From NCBI GenBank assembly GCA_028700905.1, contig JAQVRT010000004.1, positions 1 through 30,032 of the forward strand: a stretch of DNA of 30,032 bases, written 5' to 3'. Within the stretch, counting starts at the first letter, position 1, and each line of letters opens with the position of its first letter. A program made the position numbers and the translations under genes. The notes under the pieces were generated by a model. It saw only the letters and a list, made by a program, of their open reading frames with translations, made no database searches and was not told the origin of the DNA. Of this stretch, positions 15,226-23,850 are shown in pieces. Origin of the DNA: Candidatus Iainarchaeum sp. GTDB lineage: Archaea; Iainarchaeota; Iainarchaeia; Iainarchaeales; CSSED10-239.

Positions 15226-16620
15226 TTATTTAGATGAAAATAAATCATAAAAACTATTAATTTTATTTACTAATTTTTCAGAGAAAGATATTTTTTTATC
15301 TTTCCCAAAAGTAATTTTTTTATCTTTAAATTTCTGTAAAACATCTTCTACAATCTCATAAGGATAACCATAATAAACTAATGTAGAAAAAACATCATTT
15401 TGAGAAGAAGTTTCAACTGTTGGTAAAAATAAGTGATATAAATAACTTATAAGTTTATCATATTCTTCATTTCTCTTATCGAGCAATTCTTTAATTTCTT
15501 TAGGATCTGCTTTTTTAAGATCTTTATACTTATTTGACATTATTGGTTCTTTTTTAAGTTTTTTAACTTCTTTTGAAACACTAATAGTTGACATCTTTTC
15601 AAGTTTTTCTTGTCTTTGAGAAATTTCACTAACTTCTTTTTGAAGTTTTGAAACTTCATTATAAATTTGATTAATTTGTTCAAAACTATCATGTATTTTT
15701 GAAAGAGTTAATCTTATTGCAGAATCAGATTTTGCATTAAATAAAACTTTTCCAGAATTATTTTTTTCAAGATTTAATTCTTTTTCAGACATTTCAATAA
15801 ATTTTGAAATTGTAGATTGATCAACATCATACTTACTAAAGAAATTAGAAATAGCTTCTTTACTTACATCTTGAGATAAAAGAAATTTAGTTGCTTTTTG
15901 AATATTATCTAATAAACCTTTTTGTTTTTGATTATAATTATTTAACTTTTCTTCTTTTTCTAAAGATTCTCTTTTTACTTCTAATATTTTTTCTTTATTT
16001 ATATTTATTAAATTTAAATAAAAAGAATCAGGCATTCTTGTAATTAAATAACCTTCTAAAACAAATAAAAGAAATATTATTACTGCAGATATAATAAAAA
16101 CATAATTAGGAATAATATTAAATACTGGTAAACTACTTACAAAAAAATATAAACCTAAAGAAATTATTACACCTAAAGATATTGATAAAGTTTTTAATCT
16201 TTTTAATCTTTTTATATTTTTAACAATCCCATCTGCACTCTCTTTAGAAATACCAACATTTTTAATTAAATAATTTATAGAAATTTGAGAATAATTGCTT
16301 TTACTTATATTTCTTATAGCGTCTTTTAACTTATCAACTAATTGATCAATATTTTCTTCAGTTTTTTTAACATCAACTTCAGATAAAACTTCATTAAGAT
16401 TGGATTTTCTGAATTTAGAATACCAAAAGAAAGGTATTTTTGAAAATAAAATACCAATTAAGAAAAATAATAAAATAATTATAAGCATTATTACATATGG
16501 AAGAAATTTAATTTCAGTAATATATGATAAAGAAGTAGAAGTCTTTGAGAAAAAATAAAAAATTCCACTGAATATTATACCAAATATCCAGAAAAATAAT
16601 TTAGTTAAATTTTTGTTCAT
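15226..16620 (-). CDS. Membrane/coiled-coil protein of unknown family (paralogue B of 2467..3840)
   Basis: The 464-aa protein has the same architecture as 2467..3840. Collinear shared strings are LFFWI (N-terminus), EENI, VG..S.A, FNII, P-SFY-NL-I-NK after the second helix pair, GY-YE-(I/V), and K(I/L)..KIN..YD-F at the C-terminus. Confidence 0.75.
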   Translation of the reverse strand: MNKNLTKLFFWIFGIIFSGIFYFFSKTSTSLSYITEIKFLPYVIMLIIILLFFLIGILFSKIPFFWYSKFRKSNLNEVLSEVDVKKTEENIDQLVDKLKDAIRNISKSNYSQISINYLIKNVGISKESADGIVKNIKRLKRLKTLSISLGVIISLGLYFFVSSLPVFNIIPNYVFIISAVIIFLLFVLEGYLITRMPDSFYLNLININKEKILEVKRESLEKEEKLNNYNQKQKGLLDNIQKATKFLLSQDVSKEAISNFFSKYDVDQSTISKFIEMSEKELNLEKNNSGKVLFNAKSDSAIRLTLSKIHDSFEQINQIYNEVSKLQKEVSEISQRQEKLEKMSTISVSKEVKKLKKEPIMSNKYKDLKKADPKEIKELLDKRNEEYDKLISYLYHLFLPTVETSSQNDVFSTLVYYGYPYEIVEDVLQKFKDKKITFGKDKKISFSEKLVNKINSFYDLFSSK

Positions 16621-16706
16621 ATTAATAATCTCTTTAAAATATATTTAAAATATTAATATATATTATAGATGTCTTTTTAAATGTTTTCTTAAAAAAAATA
16701 AGTAAT

Positions 16707-17342
16707 ATGGATATTGAAAAAATATATAAAATTCTTAAAAAAGAACTTAAAGAATATACAATTCCTCTTGCAGAACAAATAGAGATAAAAAGTAAAAATC
16801 CTTTTTATGTATTAATTGGAACAATGCTTTCAGCAAGAACAAAAGACCAAACTACTGCTAAAGTTTGTGATAATTTATTTAAAGAGATAAAAAATACAGA
16901 TGATTTAATAAAAATTAAAATTGAAAAATTAGAAAAATTAATCTATCCTGTTGGATTTTATAAAACAAAAGCTAAAAATTTAAAATTACTTGCTGAAAAA
17001 TTAAAAGAAGATTTTAATGATAAAGTGCCAAATACTATAGAAGAGTTAATTACTCTTCCAGGTGTAGGAAGAAAAACTGCAAATCTAGTAATTGCAGTAT
17101 CATATAAAATTCCTGCAATTTGTGTTGATACACATGTACACAGAATATTTAATAGAATAGGCTATATTGAAACAAAAAACCCTTTAGAAACAGAAATGGT
17201 TTTAAGAAATAAACTTCCTAAAAAATTTTGGATAGACACAAATTATTTATTTGTTATCTTAGGACAAAACATTTGCTTTCCAAGAAATCCTAATTGTAAA
17301 AATTGCCCAATAAACAAAATTTGTTTAAAAAAAATTAAATGA
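16707..17342 (+). CDS. nth: Endonuclease III (HhH-GPD DNA glycosylase/AP lyase with a 4Fe-4S cluster)
   Basis: The helix-hairpin-helix motif LPGVGRKTANLV is present, along with the catalytic-region motif VDTHVHR. The C-terminal iron-sulfur ligand pattern is C-x6-C-x2-C-x5-C (CFPRNPNCKNCPINKIC). Confidence 0.92.
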   Translation: MDIEKIYKILKKELKEYTIPLAEQIEIKSKNPFYVLIGTMLSARTKDQTTAKVCDNLFKEIKNTDDLIKIKIEKLEKLIYPVGFYKTKAKNLKLLAEKLKEDFNDKVPNTIEELITLPGVGRKTANLVIAVSYKIPAICVDTHVHRIFNRIGYIETKNPLETEMVLRNKLPKKFWIDTNYLFVILGQNICFPRNPNCKNCPINKICLKKIK

Positions 17343-17814
17343 ATTTTTTATAATTTTTGTGAAAAAATTTAATATCTGAATAAATTTTTTTAACAACTTC
17401 TATATTATAAATCTTACCTCTAAAACCTTTATATTCTTTTAAAATTTCATTATTATCATAAACAGGATAATTAACACCGTAACACACTTTATTAAATAAA
17501 ACAGAAGAAATACCATATTTTTCTATTAAATATTTTTTATGATTATAACTCATAGAGATTACTAAATCAAAAGATTTTAAATCAACTTTTGAAACATTCT
17601 TAGATAAATGCTTTGAAACATCTATACCTTTTTTAAAAAGTAACTCTTTAACTTCTAAAGCAATATTTTGTGGTTTTTTAGAAGTTACAGAAATACCTGC
17701 AGAATCTACAGAAATATTTTTAATATTATTTTTAGCTAAAAAATATTCTAAACAATATTTAGCACACATACTTCTAAAAACATTCCCACTACATACAAAT
17801 AATATTTTAACCAT
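17335..17814 (-). CDS. Low-molecular-weight protein-tyrosine phosphatase / ArsC-like phosphatase
   Basis: The P-loop is ILFVCSGNVFRS (a CX5R(S/T) motif) at the extreme N-terminus. I prefer the ATG at 17812-17814 (MVKILFVC...), which overlaps the upstream stop as ATGGTTAA. The ATG at 17826 is an alternative start. Confidence 0.8.
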   Translation of the reverse strand: MVKILFVCSGNVFRSMCAKYCLEYFLAKNNIKNISVDSAGISVTSKKPQNIALEVKELLFKKGIDVSKHLSKNVSKVDLKSFDLVISMSYNHKKYLIEKYGISSVLFNKVCYGVNYPVYDNNEILKEYKGFRGKIYNIEVVKKIYSDIKFFHKNYKKFI

Positions 17815-18547
17815 AAAAATTACCATTATTTAAAAAATCAATAAAATCTTTTTTTGCCAGATTGTATTCTTCTAAAAGAAAAGGTAAATGTCTTTCTAAA
17901 AAATTAAAATCTGGATTAAATAATTTAGACACACTGTATCCATAAGAATTAAAAGCAAAATAATAAGAAGTTTTAAGAAAATTATTTTTTAAAAAATTAC
18001 CTTTTTTTATTTTTTTATACTTAATATCAATAGTCTCTTTAATTATATAATTACAAACAAACAAAAATAATCTTTTAATTAATATATTTGGAATAAAAAA
18101 ATAGTTTTTTTTATTAAAATAAAATTTAAATGTTTTTTTTAATAATTTTTTTGGATTTTTAGAAACACTAACTTTTGTTTTTTTATCTAAAAACATATCT
18201 AAATAAAACTCTAAAGATAAATGTTCAGGACCATCAATAAAACCAATTTTTTCTAAATAACCATGTATTCTTTTATCTAGAAAAAAGTGAGATAAAAAAC
18301 CAATTGAAAAAGATCTTTCAGAAATATTAGATGAATTATTATAAAGTTCTTCACCAATTTTTATAATATCTTTATTTTCATGAAGATAAAGTGAAAAATT
18401 AGGTTTAATTTTTAATAATCTAATATAAAAAATATCTGGATAAACAACTCCATAATAAAGCGATTTTTTATTATATTTTTTAAAAAGATTTGGATACTCT
18501 TTTATAATTTCTTTTAAAAAAACAACATGTGTTTGCTGTAAAGCCAA
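17807..18547 (-). CDS. Hypothetical protein, possibly a zinc-dependent phospholipase C-like metal hydrolase
   Basis: The 246-aa ORF has no ATG, so the start is a TTG at 18545-18547 preceded by AAGGGATAA. The weak recognisable pattern is an N-terminal QQTHVVF plus GFLSHFFLDKRIHGYL, which resembles the His/Asp metal ligands of Zn_dep_PLPC-type proteins. Confidence 0.35.
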   Translation of the reverse strand: MALQQTHVVFLKEIIKEYPNLFKKYNKKSLYYGVVYPDIFYIRLLKIKPNFSLYLHENKDIIKIGEELYNNSSNISERSFSIGFLSHFFLDKRIHGYLEKIGFIDGPEHLSLEFYLDMFLDKKTKVSVSKNPKKLLKKTFKFYFNKKNYFFIPNILIKRLFLFVCNYIIKETIDIKYKKIKKGNFLKNNFLKTSYYFAFNSYGYSVSKLFNPDFNFLERHLPFLLEEYNLAKKDFIDFLNNGNFYG

Positions 18548-18559
18548 AAATTATCCCTT

Positions 18560-19258
18560 TTATCTACATCCAATCTCTTTTAGAAAAGAATCCTCTAAAT
18601 TTACATCATAATATACTTTTCCATTAATATAAACTGATGGAGAAGAACTAATATTATAATCAGAAATAATTTGATTTAAAATGGGAATATAATTAACATA
18701 AGGAAGAGCAATTGAATTTAAATTACATTCTTTAGTTAATCTTTCTAATTTTTCTGCAAAAAATAATGTTCTAGCATCAGACTCTGCTTTTTCTACACTA
18801 AAATCTTGAAATTCAGGATAGAAATATAAAATTGCTCTTTCTTTATTATATCCACATTCTTTTTCAATAGAATTATAATGAAGCCAAAGATTAATGTTTG
18901 TTAAAACAAATAAAAGTTTAGTTCTATCATCTGATTCAACAATTGCATTTCTATTTATTTTTTTTAATCTTAAATAAAGTTCACTATTAATATTAAGATA
19001 AGAATCTAATTGATTTTTTAAAACAGTACATTTTTCAGAATTACCCTCATCTAAATATTTTTTATAAAGATCATTTAAAATAATTTGTTGTTGTAAAATA
19101 TTATAATCATCTTCAATTACTTTTCTTTTATGACTATCATAAAAATTAATTGCAGAAAATACAACAATAAATAATACTACAATAATTAAAAATGCAAACA
19201 ACAATATATTATTGTTAAAAGTTTTATTTTTAATAAAAATTTTATCTTTTTTATTCAT
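18560..19258 (-). CDS. N-terminally anchored membrane protein, unknown function
   Basis: The 232-aa protein has a single TM helix (LLFAFLIIVVLFIVVFSAINF) and an extracytoplasmic domain with four Cys. The C-terminal SPSVYINGKVYY resembles the end of a thioredoxin/DsbA-like fold, but no CxxC motif is present. Confidence 0.55.
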   Translation of the reverse strand: MNKKDKIFIKNKTFNNNILLFAFLIIVVLFIVVFSAINFYDSHKRKVIEDDYNILQQQIILNDLYKKYLDEGNSEKCTVLKNQLDSYLNINSELYLRLKKINRNAIVESDDRTKLLFVLTNINLWLHYNSIEKECGYNKERAILYFYPEFQDFSVEKAESDARTLFFAEKLERLTKECNLNSIALPYVNYIPILNQIISDYNISSSPSVYINGKVYYDVNLEDSFLKEIGCR

Positions 19259-19268
19259 ATAATTTCAT

Positions 19269-20573
19269 CTACCACTTATTTTCAAAACCTAAAAACTCTT
19301 GTATTATAGATATTAAATATACAGAAATTAATAAATAGGTATATATAAATATAAAAAATACAAAAGGAAGGATATATCTATAATTTAAATTAAATCTTGT
19401 AATTTTAAATGCAAATAAAGCATATATCAAAAAAATTATTAAAGATAAGAAAATTACATAAATTGTTGATGGAAGCACAATACTACTAAAGTTTGGATAT
19501 AATAAAATAGAATTTTTAAAAAATTCAGAAATTAAAAAATAAATAAAAATAAAAAATCTTCTTAAATAAATAAAAATATATGTAAAAATAAAAGCAACAC
19601 CGATAGTTTGAACAAAAAAAGTAAATGGTAAAACAAACATTCCAAACACACTATATTTAAAGTTAAATAAAACATCTCTATGCTCATATATTGTTGCAAG
19701 TTCACCTCTAGACCATCTTTTTCTTTGTTTATACCAACCATTTAATGTTTTTGGAGTTTCTGTAAAACCATATGCAACTTCACAACATCTTATTTTATAA
19801 CCTGCTTTAATTATTCTATAACCTAGTTCTTTGTCTTCTACAAAGTTATTAGTTGAATAGCCCCCTAATTGATCAAATACTTTTTTTTTCATTAAAAACA
19901 TAGCACCAATAGGGATGTTAATAGAGTCCATTGCAGATAAAATTCTTTGATAAATACCCCAATTAAGACTATATTCAATGACTTGAACTTTTTCCCAAAA
20001 ACTTTTTCTATTTTCAGGAACTAAAATTCCATTTACAGCAACTACTTTATTTTCTTCTAAAAAACCAGTCATTCTTTTTAAAGCCTTACTATCAACAATT
20101 GTATCTCCATCTACACAAAAAATATTTTCATCTTTTATATATTTTAAACCTTCATTCATCACAATAGATTTAGTATTTTTTGATTTTTTAAAATATTTTT
20201 TATCAATTACAATTTGTTTTACACCTTTTAAATTTTTTAAAAAAATACAAGTTCCATCAGTAATTACATAAACCTTAAAAGGGATAGGATACTCTAATTT
20301 TAATAAAGCTTCAATAGTTCTTTTAACAGGTTGAAAATTATTAAAAGCATAAGTTACAACTGCAACAGTGGGTGCTTTTTTAGGAAAAGACCTTTCTTTT
20401 GCAATATTTGGGTATAACACATATAAAATAATTATTAAAACTATTAAATATAAAAAAATAAAAGACATTATTAAAAAAATTACAAAACTTCCTTTAATAG
20501 AGATATAATAAAAAATAAAGATAAATAGAAAGATTATAAAAAAAAACATTCTTTTTGATAATTTAAAAGCCAT
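19269..20573 (-). CDS. Membrane-embedded processive family-2 glycosyltransferase (PgaC/IcaA/NodC/cellulose-synthase-like)
   Basis: The D,D,D,QxxRW signature is present: VAVVTYAFNN (GT-A start), CVDGDTIV (DxD), VEDKELGYR (ED) and QRKRWSRG (Q(R/Q)xRW). TM helices flank the catalytic domain on both sides. Confidence 0.8.
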   Translation of the reverse strand: MAFKLSKRMFFFIIFLFIFIFYYISIKGSFVIFLIMSFIFLYLIVLIIILYVLYPNIAKERSFPKKAPTVAVVTYAFNNFQPVKRTIEALLKLEYPIPFKVYVITDGTCIFLKNLKGVKQIVIDKKYFKKSKNTKSIVMNEGLKYIKDENIFCVDGDTIVDSKALKRMTGFLEENKVVAVNGILVPENRKSFWEKVQVIEYSLNWGIYQRILSAMDSINIPIGAMFLMKKKVFDQLGGYSTNNFVEDKELGYRIIKAGYKIRCCEVAYGFTETPKTLNGWYKQRKRWSRGELATIYEHRDVLFNFKYSVFGMFVLPFTFFVQTIGVAFIFTYIFIYLRRFFIFIYFLISEFFKNSILLYPNFSSIVLPSTIYVIFLSLIIFLIYALFAFKITRFNLNYRYILPFVFFIFIYTYLLISVYLISIIQEFLGFENKW

Positions 20574-20580
20574 AATAAAA

Positions 20581-22215
20581 TTATTTAAAATTATTTTTTA
20601 AAAAATTATAATAACTATAATGATTTTGAGATTTTTCTTTAATAGATAAATCTTTTTTACTATAATTTATTAATAATGATTTAGAAGAATTAATTATTCC
20701 AAAATCATTCTCTTTTGTAATAAAACCTAAAAGATCACTATTTGTACCACCAGTAAACATAATAGATTCATTGTTTGGTATATAATCTATACCTAAGATA
20801 TATTTATAAAGAATATCTTTAAAATCTAAATGAGATAAAAGAGAATTATTCTCTAAATAATCTAAATTATTTGAAACAACTAAAAAAGGAATATGATAAC
20901 CTTCAGGAGAAATCATTTCATTGTAAGCTCTAGAACCATGATCAGAAGTAATAATTATTAAAGTATCTTCTAATAAAGATTCTTTTTCTAAAAAATCATA
21001 TAAATTATTAAAATATTCATTATAATATTGAGTCCTTGATTTTTTTGTATCAATAATATGTTTATAACTATGACCATAAATAAATTCTTGAACTAAGAAT
21101 ATATTTTCTTCAGAAATTATTTTTTCTTTAACATCCTCAAAAATAGATAAATCTTCACATGAAGTTTCATAAGTAAAAAGTGAAGAACAATAATATTTAT
21201 TGCTATTATAAACATCTTCTTTCAAAGTAATTATCTCATTCCAATTAAATGGAGTTGCAATATCTGGCTTTTCAATTGAAGATACCACAAAGAAAGTAGA
21301 ATAATTATTATCATTAAAATAATTAACAAGACTAGGACTATTTTTTATTTTATCAAGATATATTGAATAAGTAGAATCTAGATATGCTTCAAAAGGAATA
21401 AACTGACTTGTAAGTAAAGTGTAAATTGCAGTCCTACTATCTTGATTTGAGGTATGATAATTTGAATAGAAATGAGTATCGTTTTTTATTCTTTTAAAAA
21501 AATTATTTTCTAAACTCTGACTATCTTTTACAAAACTAGAAAACATCCATTCTTCACCTATAAGTAGAATTATTTTTTTATACTTAACTTCTAATTTAGA
21601 ATCAGGAAAAATTGAAGAATTATTACTAAATAAAGATAAATCTTTTGAATCATCCTCTAAAGGAATATAACTAAAACTATTTTTAAAATTTAAAACAACA
21701 TCAGCATAAGGATTATAATTTAGATTAAATAATAAAATTAAAAATAAAAATAGAAATATTGAAATTAAAGAAAATATTTTTAAAAAAGAAGAGGATAAAA
21801 ATAATTTTTTGTTTTTTAAAATAAAAAATGATAAAAAATAAACTATAAATAAAGCTAAAAAAACAATAAAGACTAATTTTAAAGAAATTATGTTTTTTAA
21901 AACAAAAATAATTGAATCTAATTTTATTTTAGAAATTAAAATCCCTCTTTGAGAAACATCATAAAAAAAGATATAATAAAAAGAAAAAAGTATAAAATTA
22001 AAAACATAAATTACATGAAACAAAATCTTTGAAAAAATATTTTTAAACAAAATAAAAACAAAAAAGATAAATACAAAGATTAAAATATCAAAAAAAGTTG
22101 TAATTAAAATAAGATCAAATTGTTTAATAAAAAATATTTTAAGTATAAATAAAGCAACTAGAGAAAACAGTAATAATTTTAACTCTAAAGTAAAAATATT
22201 TTTTTTAATTACCAT
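20581..22215 (-). CDS. LtaS/sulfatase-like (alkaline phosphatase superfamily) membrane enzyme
   Basis: The 544-aa protein has about five N-terminal TM helices and then an extracytoplasmic domain. That domain contains IILLIGEEW, DSRTAIYTLLTS (candidate nucleophile Thr region) and IIITSDHGS (the sulfatase/LtaS DHG motif). Confidence 0.6.
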   Translation of the reverse strand: MVIKKNIFTLELKLLLFSLVALFILKIFFIKQFDLILITTFFDILIFVFIFFVFILFKNIFSKILFHVIYVFNFILFSFYYIFFYDVSQRGILISKIKLDSIIFVLKNIISLKLVFIVFLALFIVYFLSFFILKNKKLFLSSSFLKIFSLISIFLFLFLILLFNLNYNPYADVVLNFKNSFSYIPLEDDSKDLSLFSNNSSIFPDSKLEVKYKKIILLIGEEWMFSSFVKDSQSLENNFFKRIKNDTHFYSNYHTSNQDSRTAIYTLLTSQFIPFEAYLDSTYSIYLDKIKNSPSLVNYFNDNNYSTFFVVSSIEKPDIATPFNWNEIITLKEDVYNSNKYYCSSLFTYETSCEDLSIFEDVKEKIISEENIFLVQEFIYGHSYKHIIDTKKSRTQYYNEYFNNLYDFLEKESLLEDTLIIITSDHGSRAYNEMISPEGYHIPFLVVSNNLDYLENNSLLSHLDFKDILYKYILGIDYIPNNESIMFTGGTNSDLLGFITKENDFGIINSSKSLLINYSKKDLSIKEKSQNHYSYYNFLKNNFK

Positions 22216-22397
22216 ATAGAAATTATGAAGAGAACTATTTTTAAACTAAAAGTTTATGTTTCTCGGCCAGCTACCCCCCTTGAAAAGTGATATATTTTAT
22301 TTAAACATATTATATATTGCCTTTAAAGATAACTAAAAAGAACTGCCAACTTTTTAGATTATTTAGAATATTTGTGAAAATTATAAGTGAATAGATT

Positions 22398-23846
22398 ATG
22401 GAACAACTATATTTAACAGAATGCGTGTATGAAGAAGAAAAACAAAGAATAATAAGCTATTTTTCAAAAGATCCTTATAGCAATAAATATGATTTTGTAT
22501 ATAAAGAAAAATTTAATCCTTATTTTTATATAGATCTTCCAAAAGAAATAGTGCAGAAACTATTATCTGATTTTAGAAAAGAAATTAAAGTTGAAAAAAT
22601 TGAACAAAATAAAATAAAAGTAATTGCAAAAAATAAAGAAACTTTAAATAAAATATATAAGATATTATCTATATCGACTTCTAAAAACATATTAATATTA
22701 GATATTGAAAGAGAGTATTTAATTGAAAAAGAATGGAGTTATTATGATTTATTCATAATAATATCTAAAATAAAAATTAAAAAGATTGAAAATAATAATA
22801 TAAGTGCAATTGTTAAAAAGTATATTAATCCTTTCTTAAAAGAAGAGCAATTAAAGTTAATTGAAAATCTAACTAAAAAATTACTTTTAAGCAATATATT
22901 AAAAATAAAAATAAAGAATATTAATAATCAAGAAATATTAAATAACTTCTTTGAAAATTTATATTTTGAAAATAAAATGATGTTAAATAACAAAATAAGC
23001 ATAGAATATTTAGAGAAAGAGAAAAATATAAAACAAGGAATAAAGATGGATTTTTCAAATATTTGGCCATATCTTTTAACAAAAGACTTTTACAACATTG
23101 GACACGACACCTTAAACTGTGATTGTTGTAAGCCAAAGAATTATCTAGATATTAATGTATTATCAAATTCAATTGTTAAAGTAAGATTTAAAAAACAAGG
23201 ATTCTATTTTATTTCAAAAGATCAAAATTGGGCTTATGAACAATTTCATAAAAATAATCTTAATAAAGAGAATAGACTTAATTTCAAGAAGAATAACGGC
23301 TTAAAAGAAATGCCTACAGGTCCTTTTTACAAAGGAGATTTTGCAAACATACCTTTAATAGATGCAATAAATTTAGTTTCAGAAGAAGAAATTGAAATTA
23401 TTGATGATTTAAAAGAAATAAAATGGTATTGTTTAAAGAAAGAATCTTTTTTATCTTTAAAAATAAAAGAATATTTAAAAAGATTAAAACATTTAGAAAC
23501 TTCCATAAATTTAAGTAATTCTTTTAATTACAATTATTCTTTTAAAAACAATTTAGACAAAAATCCTATGTTCATACAATATTTGACAGAATATAAACTA
23601 ATAAACGATCTTATTGAGGAGATTCCAAAATTTATAGAACATAAAAACACTAAATTTTATGATTCTTTACTTGCTCAATCAATAAAATATTTAAAACTTG
23701 AAACCATTAAAAAAATAGACATAAATGAAAATAAATATTTAATAGACAAAGAAAAAGTAATTGTAAAAGAAAAAAAAATTATTGAGAAAATAAATAATTA
23801 TTTTCCTCAATTAAACTTACCAATACCAAAACTAATAGTTAATTAG
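22398..23846 (+). CDS. Miniaturised, apparently inactivated family-B DNA polymerase-like protein
   Basis: PolB landmarks occur in canonical order. They are LYLTECVYEEEKQRIISYFSK..KFNPYFYI (N-terminal domain), NILILDIEREY (Exo I-like) and MDFSNIWPYLLTKDFYNIGHDTLNCDCCKPKNYLD (motif A region). They continue with INLSNSFNYNYSF (motif B-like), KFYDSLL (motif C position) and IIEKINNYFPQLNL (post-motif-C segment). Key catalytic residues are substituted, and the protein is only 482 aa. Confidence 0.6.
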   Translation: MEQLYLTECVYEEEKQRIISYFSKDPYSNKYDFVYKEKFNPYFYIDLPKEIVQKLLSDFRKEIKVEKIEQNKIKVIAKNKETLNKIYKILSISTSKNILILDIEREYLIEKEWSYYDLFIIISKIKIKKIENNNISAIVKKYINPFLKEEQLKLIENLTKKLLLSNILKIKIKNINNQEILNNFFENLYFENKMMLNNKISIEYLEKEKNIKQGIKMDFSNIWPYLLTKDFYNIGHDTLNCDCCKPKNYLDINVLSNSIVKVRFKKQGFYFISKDQNWAYEQFHKNNLNKENRLNFKKNNGLKEMPTGPFYKGDFANIPLIDAINLVSEEEIEIIDDLKEIKWYCLKKESFLSLKIKEYLKRLKHLETSINLSNSFNYNYSFKNNLDKNPMFIQYLTEYKLINDLIEEIPKFIEHKNTKFYDSLLAQSIKYLKLETIKKIDINENKYLIDKEKVIVKEKKIIEKINNYFPQLNLPIPKLIVN

Positions 23847-23850
23847 AAAT

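Noticed and set aside
22225-22290. 21-codon ORF MKRTIFKLKVYVSRPATPLEK in the divergent spacer
   Set aside because: It is too short, has no Shine-Dalgarno-like element, and uses codons (CGG, CCC, ACC) that are atypical for this genome. I kept it only as a note under the GC-island finding.
22225-22300. GC-rich island as a split-tRNA half or a C/D-box sRNA
   Set aside because: I tried folding both strands as a tRNA 5' or 3' half. No D-arm or T-arm (no TTCRAWY loop with flanking complementary stems) can be formed. There is one near-C-box (ATGAAGA), but no D-box (CTGA) or second box pair on either strand.
22921-23136. 71-aa minus-strand ORF inside the PolB-like gene
   Set aside because: It is an antisense shadow ORF within a longer ORF that carries recognisable motifs.
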